DNA of 62,643 nucleotides, filler included. It is 8 parts of 8 records of this genome, joined end to end, with 100 filler letters (N's around TTAATTAATTAA, not from the genome) between each part and the next. Parts side by side here need not be neighbours in the genome. Positions count along the whole stretch, not along the records: positions 18,371 to 24,829 come from SRR2962707_5414; positions 24,930 to 30,450 come from SRR2962707_5420; positions 30,551 to 41,508 come from SRR2962707_5424; 5 more parts are not named here. One strand, written 5' to 3'. Below are positions 21,673 to 32,741 of this stretch, piece by piece; the stretch's first letter is position 1; each line of letters starts with the position of its first letter. Under the pieces are notes generated by a model, which was not told where the DNA came from, made no database searches, and saw nothing but the letters and a program-made list of their open reading frames with translations. Position numbers and translations under genes: made by a program.

Positions 21673-24600
21673 TTATTCGACAACGCCCTCGACGCGCCCT
21701 TCCATTTCTTCCACGCGGGCAAGCAACTGGTCACAAAGCCGCGGACTTCGGTGTTGTGCGCGCGCTGCTGCACACTTCTTGGTCAGAAGATTAAGAAAGT
21801 CATCGTCGAGTTGGTCCATCATCGTCGTAATAACCTTGAATATGGCCTCTTGAATGGTCGAGTCCTTTGCATCAACCCAGGTTCAGACAAACAGTGTCAA
21901 TCCAACCGGACAAAGAACTGAACAGATAGGTTGCTACATCAGACAGTACCATTCCTACCTGATCATCGAGGTGAACCAGCAACATGTCCAAAGTGTACTC
22001 TCGCAAAGTCGTCCCATAGTCCTCCTTGCTCGTCACTCGGAAAAATTCGGCCAAGCATGGCGCGATGGCGCGGCGAACGTCATCACTGCTGTCGTCCAGA
22101 CGTTTTAATAACTTCAACACAAGTGTGCACAATTCAAAATTCGAACAGGTCACGAAGTGCATGAGAGCGGCACCGTGCTTGCTTGGCGCGTATTTGGGCA
22201 AAATGTGCAGCACTACAAACTGCAACATCTGAGATCGAGCACGGTAAAACGTACTTCGGGATAGAGGTCACTTGCAAACGAGCTCCCAACGCGGTTGCGC
22301 ACCATGCCCAAGACTCTTTCCATGGCAATGCAAGACAGATGCCTCATAGACGTGTCGTAGTCGTCGCTTAGGGCTGACGTGAGTGCTGGCACCAGCACGT
22401 CGAGACAGCGAAGCAATTGCTCTGACGTGACAGCGCCATGTTTGAGGACTGTGATGAGACACGCCACGGTTAACTTCCGAATTGTGCCTTCAACTCGGCC
22501 TACTTTCCACGACAGGTTTGGTGTGATTACACTAGTCAATATGATGTCGCCCTACATGCAACCAAAGCCAAAACCATAAAAACGCACAAACATAAGTAAA
22601 TATTGACGAGTGTTTTGCTTTGCTCAAGCATGTGTGCCAATCTGTGTCCGGAAACACGCATGCCCAACCTGCTGCTGGAAAGCTATGGCAACAGGCGAGT
22701 CGTGCGTCTCCGTGCTTGTGGCTGCATCTCCAGTTTGCGCGCTTACTAGTGATTCTATCAGCGCCAAAATTTCCATGCGGAGCGTAGGATCCTTCGAAGG
22801 TGCGCTGGAATGCACGAGCACGTTCATGAAATCCTGACGGCAAAGGCAATTTACGTTGGAGATGCCGGCAACAGCACAGCGTCAAGCCAATGATTGTTTT
22901 TTCTCTCTGATGCACACGGCATGTCGTTGCTGAGGAACAAAGCACGAACCGCATTGATGCACGTTGCTACGATTGACGGGTCACATTGCCGCAACAGCGA
23001 CTCAAAAAAACCAAATCCTGCAGATGTCTTTGTTTTCCACTCTTGGTAGTCTTCAGTAGCGATTTGAAGTAACTGCATTGATAACACCAACATGTGGAGT
23101 GAAGAAAAACATGCAAGAGCAGAAACCACCAAGTCCCCGGGCTTTCAGCAATGGTGCACGCGCGAGCAAAAAAACACAACTTACCTCGTCAAAGTGACGC
23201 CGATACAAGTCTTGTGGGCTATCCAGCTCAAGCATCTCGGCCAGAGACTCAATTCCCTCCAAAGCTTGCGCACGCACACCCTTGTCTCCAAGTGCCACAA
23301 GATTTAAAAGTGTGCGCAACAGATCGAAAAAGAACTGTTCACCCTTCGCCCCACGGGCAGAAGCATCTAACTGGCCAGCTTTGTCCAGAACACTGAGAAC
23401 AACTTCTGTCACCTAATATCAAACGTGCGTGAGGTTCGGCATGGCAACACGAGTGGGTCATGACCACTTCTTTCGCTTCCAATGGCTTGAATGTAACTGC
23501 TGACGCACTCAACCCCAACTCAATACTCAAGAACTTGCCTGAAATTGAACATCTCCGTCGTCACAGTTCGTAACAGCTGGGTGACAAAGGGTCTTGGCAA
23601 TAGCTTCGAGGTGAGGGACCACAGCACCATCTCGCATTCCGTCGACACAGCTCGCCAACATCAGCAATGTATTCTTCTGGGACTGCACTGGCGTTTCTTT
23701 GGCAAATTCACAACGGACCCATGGAAGCAATACATCAAGTATGGCGTCTGGAGCAACACATCCTCCAAGTGTTTCCCCAGCGCTGCAGACTGCCTCGGCC
23801 ATGGCCTTCTCGTCATCGCACACCTTCGCAGCGCAGTCAGATCCAACGAAATTCGTTAAACTGCCTCCAAACAGTAATCAAACCCTGATGCTCCATGCAC
23901 GCAACACACACCTACCTGCAAAACCATAGCTGCCAACACTTCACGCAGTCTTCCCGTGAGATCTCGATGACCAAACACGAATAGAGCCTGCAGCGTGGAA
24001 ACGGTTGCCAACCGCCGCGACACTTTCCAGTCGCTAAGCGCGTGGAGAACTGGTGGAAGAACGCGTGGCAATAACTCGCAGACTAATTTTTGAGCAGCCT
24101 CGGATGGAACAGCCTCAAAAGGGGCTGGCAAATTATCTGCGCACAAGCCACCTGCGCCACTTCTGCTACTGCTGTTATTGTCAGCCCTGGATGCACCCTC
24201 CACTCGCGCGTCGTCGTTGGCATTCCCAGAACATGGGCTAGTGTTAGCTGGCGACCACCACGCAGCTGCAACTTCCTCGATCCGCACGATAGCCGCTTTG
24301 GCTACTTCGGGGGTGTCGTCGCCCACGGAACCAAGCAATATGGAGAAAATGATAGCTTCTAATTCGGCGTCGCAATGGAGGCATTTAGCGCGGTCACTTA
24401 GCCACTTCGCGAGGACATTCACTTGCTCTCGTCGAACGCTCGCAGTATGGTCATCAAGCACCTTGTACCTTCGACGACACAAGACAAACGTGTGAACTAG
24501 GTATTGAAACCGAACTTTCAACAAGAAAAACAGACAAACTAAGGAATCCTGTTGCGTGGCAATGCGCTGCGATCTGGTGCACTTACAGGTAAGGAACGAT

Positions 24601-24829
24601 CTTTTCCCGCAATACTTTTGGCAGCTGTTCCGAGCCACAGGCCACAAGGCGTCCCAGAGACGCCAGTGCGCACCGGCGCACGCGATGTTGAACATGCATC
24701 ATATTCGCTAAGAGCGGATCGACTAATGGCTCGAGGTGAAGGTGCATATGTTGTGGGAACAGGTCACAAACCTGCAAATGCGGCATTGTTGGGAGCACGA
24801 CAACAACCAGAACAACAACAACAACAACA
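21673..24829 (-). CDS. DNAAF5: Dynein axonemal assembly factor 5 (HEATR2), multi-exon, 5'-truncated
   Basis: HEAT repeats with LLANMMHVQHRVR, PNLSWKVGR..TIRK, LYPE/LLKRLDDSSDDVR, LLVHLDD..IQEAI and QHRSPRLCDQLL, matching DNAAF5 segments. Stop at 21673. Confidence 0.88.
24811..24829 (+). repeat. (CAA)n microsatellite at contig end
   Basis: Perfect CAA run before the spacer. Confidence 0.85.
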
Positions 24830-24929
24830 NNNNNNNNNNNNNNNNNNNNNNNNNNNNNNNNNNNNNNNNNNNNTTAATTAATTAANNNNNNNNNNNNNNN
24901 NNNNNNNNNNNNNNNNNNNNNNNNNNNNN
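24830..24929. other. Artificial contig-joining spacer 3
   Basis: Same N44-TTAATTAATTAA-N44 structure. Confidence 0.99.
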
Positions 24930-27276
24930 TGCTGCTGCTGCTGCTGCTGCTGCTTCGGTGCTGGTGGCCACTGCCCAAGCATCCATGCCCGTACTCCCGG
25001 GCGCTATGGAAAAAGTTGCGCCGGGTATGTCAGACTTTGAGCGAACCGTTCACGCCCGAGGAACTCACTCAGGCAACCCAGTTGCCCCCATTGACCTGCG
25101 CGTGACCCCTGCAATGGGCACTCGATCAACCGACACTCCAGCCTCGCTTGTGCGAATTTCTGTTATTACCAATGTCACAGATCCCTTAACTTCGCCAGGT
25201 TTGTGTACTCACACGCTAGAATTATGTTGCGTGTAAAGTGTGCGACCTGTTTTGTTTTTCGTTCTGCCGCGCCCACGCCTTATCGCAATAAGAATGTCAC
25301 GAGCTACTCAATCCTGAACATACGAAAATGCTGCTGCTACGCTTCGTTGTTGTTTGTCGGTAGCGGATGCTGCGTTCTTTGAGTACAAACAGCCGTTCGT
25401 GCACAGGTGGACGGACAAGTTTCTGCATTCTGCTGTGAAGGAGGTCACGCCCGGACAGGTTCGATATATTGCATCCAACAGGATCTGTTTGAAAGTCAAA
25501 GTCTCAAGTCGCCTCAGCTTCGCATGTACTTGATGATGAGGATCCTTGCAACTATTTTATGGGTTCACTATATAATGTTGCAATCAGGCGACTTCGTTCA
25601 CGATCAACGGCACGGAGGTAAGCATCGCAGTTCCGGCAGCAGGCCACGGAGCGAGGGGTGTCATCTTTGCCGATCCTTGTTTCCACGGTGCTGTCGATGG
25701 CTGTTCGTATGGAAACCAATTCCAAACGTTTTCACGAATGACGACGCTTCTGAACATGGCAACTGCCGATCCTGCTGGGACCGGTGCCGGTGCAGACTAT
25801 TGGATGATTCTGGGTGACAACGTAAGAAACGCCTGCACAAAAGCACAAACACTTGTCATACATGATTCATTTGGCACTGCAGTTTCAAAATCCTTTACAT
25901 CGTCAGCATCCGTGCATAATATTCGTGCTTAAATTGTGGTTTCGGTGTAGTTCTATGATCGAGATGGTCATCTTGCTCAGGCGTGGTTTGACCAGCTAAC
26001 CCTGCAGACGAAATCGAAGTTGTTTGCGACTGTTGCCGGAAACCATGATTATTGGGGGTTTGTTTTGGAGCACTTGGTTATTAAACGTTTGGAAAACAAC
26101 CCAGTGAATTCACACCTTGAATTGGCATCGCCTGTGTGTACACCCAACGATAGGAAAGGAGATGAAATCATTGCCGTCAAGGAAGACCAATTTGGAAACG
26201 GTAATCTTCAGTTTTACGGTATGGACTCCGTTGCTTCTCTCGCTGCAAACACTTCGAGCGTACCGGGTCAATTCATGGATCTTAGCATCGATCCTGACGC
26301 GGAGAAGGTAATTTCTGGCTTTCTTCGCACTGTGACTTGCTCCGTGGTACTGGTCCACAAGATTGTTAACGGTTTGTGGTTGGTGGTGGTGCTCCAGACT
26401 CGCCACAAAATCGCAGCGATGGAAAACTTTTTCTCGTACTTCACCATTGGCAACGTGGCTTTTGTGCTGTACGCAGAATTTTTCGTTCACCATGTGAAGT
26501 GAGCGCTCTGTGAACTGCAGCTTTATTTTTTGACATGGAATCTTGGTTTGGTGCGGTGTTCAGGTACTCTGGGGGGTACACCTACAAAGATTCATCACCC
26601 CTATTCAAAGATGCCTGTGCATGGCTGAAGGAAAGCAAGCCGGATGTCGCGTTCATTGCTGGTCACTGGAATGATGCTGGCCTTGGCTGCAGTTTGACTA
26701 TGGACGTTCCAGCTGTGTATGACGAAATTAAAGGCTTCGATGGTTGTGCGCAGCTCGATGAGAAACTGCAACTAAAGTGAGCTCACGATCCATTTCTCTC
26801 GTGCACAGACTATTGTTGCATGCGCGTTGGCACTTCAGGTCCTGAGCTCGTCGACTGGGTGTTTGCGTGCGCACATTTAGGTATATCATGGGACACACGC
26901 ACTGCAACGAAGTGACTGCCCACGACAAGCGGGGCGATCAGCCAGCTGTTGGGATGATGGTTGCTGGACAAGGAATGGAAGGCTGTGGTTCGTTGAAGTA
27001 GTCATGCTGGGCAACTGCGGCTCGCGATCGTCGATCGATATTGCTTTTATCTTATTCGTTTTGCCAACGCTCGCAGGTAATTTCGGGGTTCCCATGGTCG
27101 ACACTACCCCCGATGGGCGCATCGAGGTTGTGTACTACGATGTACAGTCGACGAAGAGTGGTTCTGACAATTATGATGCCATCACAAAGTGCTTTGCCAT
27201 GAACGGCATTGGCGGTTGCAAGGAGCTTGGGACTGTATGGCTCAATCAAACGCTAACGCCAGTTGAATGGAATTAA
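24930..27276 (+). CDS. Secreted calcineurin-like metallophosphoesterase, multi-exon, start not in contig
   Basis: Poly-Leu (CTG)n signal peptide ending AQA. After splicing the motifs read IFADPC, ILGDN/FYD, VAGNHDYW, IAGHWN and IMGHTHCN. GT-AG introns join in frame. Confidence 0.85.
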
Positions 27277-27353
27277 TAAGGAATGTATTGGTTTCTGATG
27301 TTTCCAGAGTCTTACTTTTACTGGAATATATTTCGAAGAGATGACAAAAATCC

Positions 27354-30156
27354 CTAAAAGTAAAGTAAAGGCAACCGATGTTTCATCAGGGCACGGTGAG
27401 GACCGAATGAGACGTAGCCAGCAGAGACATGATCAAGCAGCCACAAATATCCCGCCACTGCACATCTTACCGGATTTCGACGCAACCATTGAGCAGCCTT
27501 CAAGCCCATCAAGCTTGCACCAAACAGGCCAAACTGCGGCAGCAGCAATCACAGCAGACACACTCAAGCAGTGTGTTTTTCGAAATAAGAGTGACGCCCT
27601 CCCACAACAGCCCTTGCCCCTGCACGTGAAATAGTCCAACTTGCGACTTGGCGAGTTTGGAGAACGCACCAACGCGGGAACCCCGAGAGCAAAACTTTCG
27701 GCACACTTTTGAAGTCCCCACAAAGTACCAAATAGCCTGGCTGTGCTCGTCAAACCAGGGACATCAAACTTATGCCCGACTATGGCAGTTGCACCAACAG
27801 CAAGTAGCATTGTTCCGTTCCGGACAAGAAAATTGACCGCTTTCGGACGTTCACGCGGTCGAAAAGACGGGTACAGAGCACTAGACCGGATCAAGATGCT
27901 TAAAAAAAACCCAGAACCGCACAGCAGCGAACTAAAAGCAGCACGTAAATAGCCGAAGTCATCCATTGTGACTGGGTTTCTCAAATACTGACGAAAAGGT
28001 TGGCAGTCAATTGGGCACGTACATTGGCTGCTCAAACGGAGCCGAGACGTCAATGCGGAAGCGAGTGCCTATGCGTCGAAGTGAGGCAAATAAACACAGG
28101 CCGAGTGCACAAGCGATGGCACTCGCTGACGCAGGGGTCGGTTGGTTGTGATTCCAACGCCTTGTAGTTTTGATGATATTGCCAAAAATGGCGATTGCGC
28201 CCACACCTACAACCAACCAATTCCGCCCGCGCAAACACCAAGCATTCATGATTCTACTGCGAGATGATGCAGGTGATTCGGTTGCTTTTAAGCAAGAAGT
28301 ACAACCCAAAAAATAAAAAATACCCGTTGCAATAGTGGCAAGAAACTTGGATTGGTGAGCAACAGCAAGCGGGGCGATGTAAAGGAATGGAAGCGCTGAG
28401 AGTATAGCAGTGAGAGTCTTGCTATTCGCGACAACTCGCATGACATTATTTCCCGAGTCACCGGCGACAATTAACGAATGAATGCAGCCCACGCCGTACC
28501 TACAACAAGAAAAAATAGTGACACTTATTCACTTCACTCAGCTGCAACGTGTAACAACCCAGACCACGACAGACACCGACAACAACCGGATGCATCACAT
28601 AGGACGGACCACAGTGATAGCACAAACGCTACCCATGGCCCAGTTGACTGTTCCGTTGCCAGTGTGTCAAGCAGTCCGCTCTTGCGCGACGAAGAGACGC
28701 TACCTTCCAACGCTTGAACTTGCAATGATATCAAAGCGGCGTGGATAAACACTTCATACACGCCATGTTGAAACGCTCGATTGGCCGAGCTACAAGCAAC
28801 GTCTTTTAACCAATTGATATCATCTGCGAGCCACTCAAAGTTGCGTTTCAGGCGTTTGAAGAAACCGGTTCGACCAACAGCTATTGCGAGTGCGATGCCA
28901 ACCGGGCCCACGGTCGTAAATACGCCAGCAACACCCAGGGCCCACAGCACGTTGGCAAGGGTCATAACTTTTCGTGCACGGACAAACACGTTTGGGGCTG
29001 TTGCTGCCTCAACAAGAGTCTTGCGCCAAGTTTCGAGGACGGCTTGTCGTGTTGTCATTTTCACAACAAATTCTTCCACATCAATTGGTCTTGGTCGAGA
29101 AGGCCCCAAGATTTTGCTGGATAGCAGAATCTCGATGCGATGTCGCAACAGACTTTGAAGGGCTTCAAGTATTTCCTGCTCATCTTTAGAACCCGGTACA
29201 GATACACGCAAGCGCTCGACAAGTGCACCAGTATCGAAGGCATCCATGGAAGATGAAGGCAGCCTGCATGTTTGCAGTTGTTGCTGCCTCTGGTGCTGGC
29301 GCCGGGCTTCTCCCCACCTTGCAAGCCTTGAAATGTACAAGCGGGGACACAACTGCATAAACGCGCCACGAAAGCGCCTCGACCCAAGAATCCACACTGA
29401 CACAAGGCCAACAACCGGAAAAAGTGCCAAGCGAAAAGCAGCCGGAAAAAGGGGGAGATGCGGTCTCCTTGGCCCACTAAAGTTGGCGGGGGGAGGGCGC
29501 TGAATTCGTGGGTGTCGACGTTGCTCACGTCGTTGTCTTTGCTGCTCACGTCGTCTCAGGCGGCGTCTCTGGCGGCGTTGTTCGCGGCGCTGGAAAAGTC
29601 GCCGTCCTCGCTGTAAGCGTGCCTGCTCAACGGGCACAGGGTTGTCCTCGCCACGCAGTTCCTGTCTGAAGTGAGCAAGAAGTAATTCTTGCTCTTCAAG
29701 ATCGAAACCATTAATGTTGTCATCGAGAAACTGCTGCAACAGGGGGTCAAATACCGTTTCATCACGGTCACGGTCATCGAAGTCTGGCTCTTTGCCTTCT
29801 CCGTCCCTCGTTCGGCCACCCCCTCCTTCTTCATCGGACCCGCTCTGAATTTCCAACGCTCGAGGGCGGGCCTCGCCTTGGGCCAGCTCGGTAGCCTCCG
29901 GAACTGGCGCCTCATCTAATGCGTGGGGTGGGGTGTTCAGATCAAAGCTCTCAGTTCGGCCCCGAAAGCGCGGAATCTGTATTGCTCTGTTCGAAAGCTC
30001 CTCCTGGCCCCCTGGCTCAGCTGAACTCGGAGAACCACCGAATAGATCCGTGTATTTCCATACTTCAAGAAAAATCCACGCACCCGACACTGCTGCAACA
30101 GTCGCAGCAGCGACAACACGCTCCCGCGTGCCAGCAGAGGACCTATCGGCCGACAT
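27354..30156 (-). CDS. Uncharacterised multipass membrane protein, multi-exon
   Basis: 540-aa first ORF (TM, acidic and Arg/Gln-rich tracts, further TMs), followed by hydrophobic exons in ORFs 28007..28492, 27433..28053 and 27354..27548. The 3' end is uncertain. Confidence 0.65.
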
Positions 30157-30429
30157 TGATTGATTGATGTTTGGATGGATGGATGTTCGTTTGTTTGGAT
30201 GTTTTCAATGATTGTGGGGATGTTTGGTTGGATGTTTGGGTGTTCGGACGGATGGATATCCGATGAGAAAACGGCCACGAAACTTGTCCGCTCCCAAGGA
30301 GGTACGCCGCCTTCAACAACAGCTGCACTTCCCAAAGGAACCGCAACGGCAAACGACCACGCCGCCGCCACACCCACAGCCCAAGCACCCGCGCCACGCA
30401 CACAAAATCAAAAAAATGAAACCACCAAA

Positions 30430-30450
30430 CAACAACAACAACAACAACAA
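30430..30450 (+). repeat. (CAA)n microsatellite at contig end
   Basis: Seven CAA units. Confidence 0.9.
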
Positions 30451-30550
30451 NNNNNNNNNNNNNNNNNNNNNNNNNNNNNNNNNNNNNNNNNNNNTTAATT
30501 AATTAANNNNNNNNNNNNNNNNNNNNNNNNNNNNNNNNNNNNNNNNNNNN
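30451..30550. other. Artificial contig-joining spacer 4
   Basis: Same N44-TTAATTAATTAA-N44 structure. Confidence 0.99.
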
Positions 30551-30631
30551 ACCCAGTCAACCTTTTTCAGGACGGGTCATAGAACTAAGTTGGTGATTAA
30601 GGTTTTAAAGGGTGCATTAGATTAGTATGTG

Positions 30632-30847
30632 CTATGGGTGCACCTCCTCCTCATTTGACGATTCCGGCTTCTTGTAGATTTCACGAAATTTCGAATGATC
30701 CAGTGGATCAATACCAAGTAGTTGGTGTCGATCAATGAACTGTCCTTCTCTATCTCGGATCCTATGATGAAAGCTTTTGGAATGAATGCGCATTTTATTT
30801 CCGATATACATGGCCGTAATATTTAATGGATGAAGATCCATATCCAT
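30632..30847 (-). CDS. Possible small hypothetical protein
   Basis: 71-aa ATG-started ORF divergent from the esterase gene. No motif recognised. Confidence 0.3.
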   Translation of the reverse strand: MDMDLHPLNITAMYIGNKMRIHSKSFHHRIRDREGQFIDRHQLLGIDPLDHSKFREIYKKPESSNEEEVHP

Positions 30848-30965
30848 TCTTGGAAAATCAATGATTCACATTAGTCTGGAGTATGATTATTGCCATTGCT
30901 TGGACAACCTGTTTCAGAATATTTTGGAAAAGGCTGCTTATCTTAGATAGGTAATCTAACCTATC

Positions 30966-32690
30966 ATGAAAAGTACAATCTATTTATTGGTATTGCTGAT
31001 ACTAGCTTCTTGTCAGCCCTCAAATCAAACCATTTCTGTCTCAGTCTCATTCGATCCATCACTGGAATCAGAAGCAAAAGATGGAAGACTTCTTCTGATG
31101 TTTTCAACTGATGAGTCCAATGAGCCTCGATTTCAGATTAACGATGGGCCAAATACCCAGCTTATTTTTGGTCAGAATGTCAATCAGATGGAACCTGGAC
31201 AGCAAGTGATTTTTGATAACAAAGCCTTTGGGTATCCTATTGAACAATTAAGCAATCTTAAACCTGGTGAATATTGGGTGCAGGCCCTTCTTCATACCTA
31301 TGAGACATTCAACTTAAGTACAGGGCATACGGTGAAATTGCCTATGGATAATGGTGAAGGGCAACAGTGGAACAGGTCACCGGGTAATCTGTATAGTCAA
31401 CCGGTAAAAATCACCATTGAGGAGGGTAAGTCTGGCAATTTTTCAATCACAATGGATCAGGTGATCCCTCCTGTAGAAGAACCTACCGATACAGAGTGGA
31501 TCAAACACATCAAATTCAAAAGTAAATTGCTCAGTGAGTTTTGGGGAAGAGATACGTATCTGGGCGCACATATTTTGCTTCCCAAAGGCTGGGAAGATCA
31601 TCCTGAAGCTAAATACCCATTGATGGTTTTTCATGGACATTTTCCTAGTGATTTTGGTGGTTTCAGAACAACTCCACCGGATCCAGATTTGGAACCGGAT
31701 TATTCTGCCCGATTTGACGTTTCTGGCTACAATATCATTCAACAACAGGAAGCGTACAATCAATATCTGCAATGGATAAGTGATGATTTTCCAAGATTTC
31801 TGATAATCGAAATCCAACATCCAACACCCTACTACGACGATTCTTATGCAGTTAATTCAGCAAGTCAAGGGCCATATGGTGACGCGATTACTTACGAACT
31901 TATTCCCTACATCGAGGAGCGATTTCGTGGGATTGGTGAAGGCTGGTCTCGATTTTTATATGGCGGTTCTACTGGAGGTTGGGAGGCTTTAGCTGTTCAG
32001 GTCATGTACCCTGACGACTATAACGGCTGTTTTGCAGCATGTCCTGATCCGATAGATTTCAGGGCCTATTGCCAGACCAATATCTACGAAGATAAAAATG
32101 CCTATTACTACGAAAGCGAGCATAAGCAGGTGTTAGTGCCTGGTCATAGGGATTACTTAGGAGTGGTGGATGCTTCACTCCGAGACATGAATTTGAGGGA
32201 ATTAGCACTTGGAGATAAATCCCGTTCCGGGCAGCAGTGGGATATCTGGGAAGCTACTTATTCTCCTCAGGGTGAGGATGGGTATCCAGTCAGGTTGTGG
32301 GATAAATATACGGGGGACATTAATCCCACCGTAGCTGAATATTGGAAGGAAAATTACGATCTGAGGTACATCCTTGAGCGGGATTGGGATAAACTTGGCC
32401 CCAAGCTAGAAGGCAAGATAAATATCTATTGTGGTGACATGGACAATTACTACCTCAACAACGCGGTGTATTTGATGGAAGAATTTTTAGAGGGCACAAC
32501 CGATCCCTACTATGGAGGTGAAGTTGATTATGGTGATCGCGCTGAGCATTGTTGGAATGGAGATCAGGAAAATCCAAATCATATTTCACGTCTCAGATAC
32601 AACACCATGTATGTAGATAAGATACTGAAACGAATCAATGAGAGTGCGCCGGTAAGTGCTGATCTCACAAGTTGGCGGTATAAAAAATAG
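30966..32690 (+). CDS. Lipoprotein with putative esterase (alpha/beta hydrolase) domain
   Basis: Lipobox LASC, HILLPKGW..KYPLMVFHGH, YELIPYIEERFR, nucleophile elbow GGSTGG and CGDMDNYYL. Confidence 0.88.
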   Translation: MKSTIYLLVLLILASCQPSNQTISVSVSFDPSLESEAKDGRLLLMFSTDESNEPRFQINDGPNTQLIFGQNVNQMEPGQQVIFDNKAFGYPIEQLSNLKPGEYWVQALLHTYETFNLSTGHTVKLPMDNGEGQQWNRSPGNLYSQPVKITIEEGKSGNFSITMDQVIPPVEEPTDTEWIKHIKFKSKLLSEFWGRDTYLGAHILLPKGWEDHPEAKYPLMVFHGHFPSDFGGFRTTPPDPDLEPDYSARFDVSGYNIIQQQEAYNQYLQWISDDFPRFLIIEIQHPTPYYDDSYAVNSASQGPYGDAITYELIPYIEERFRGIGEGWSRFLYGGSTGGWEALAVQVMYPDDYNGCFAACPDPIDFRAYCQTNIYEDKNAYYYESEHKQVLVPGHRDYLGVVDASLRDMNLRELALGDKSRSGQQWDIWEATYSPQGEDGYPVRLWDKYTGDINPTVAEYWKENYDLRYILERDWDKLGPKLEGKINIYCGDMDNYYLNNAVYLMEEFLEGTTDPYYGGEVDYGDRAEHCWNGDQENPNHISRLRYNTMYVDKILKRINESAPVSADLTSWRYKK

Positions 32691-32741
32691 GTCCCTTAGA
32701 ATTTACATTTTTAAAATTTTTGCAGTGCTTATCTTAGCCGC

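Noticed and set aside
18427..27276. Fragmented ORFs as pseudogenes or evidence of an alternative genetic code
   Set aside because: The breaks I traced are explained by spliceosomal introns of roughly 90-180 nt that restore the frame.
30157..30260. GGAT/GTTT low-complexity repeats upstream of the membrane protein gene as a CRISPR-like array
   Set aside because: It is degenerate tetranucleotide microsatellite with no constant repeat and unique spacer pattern, and no cas genes occur anywhere in the window.
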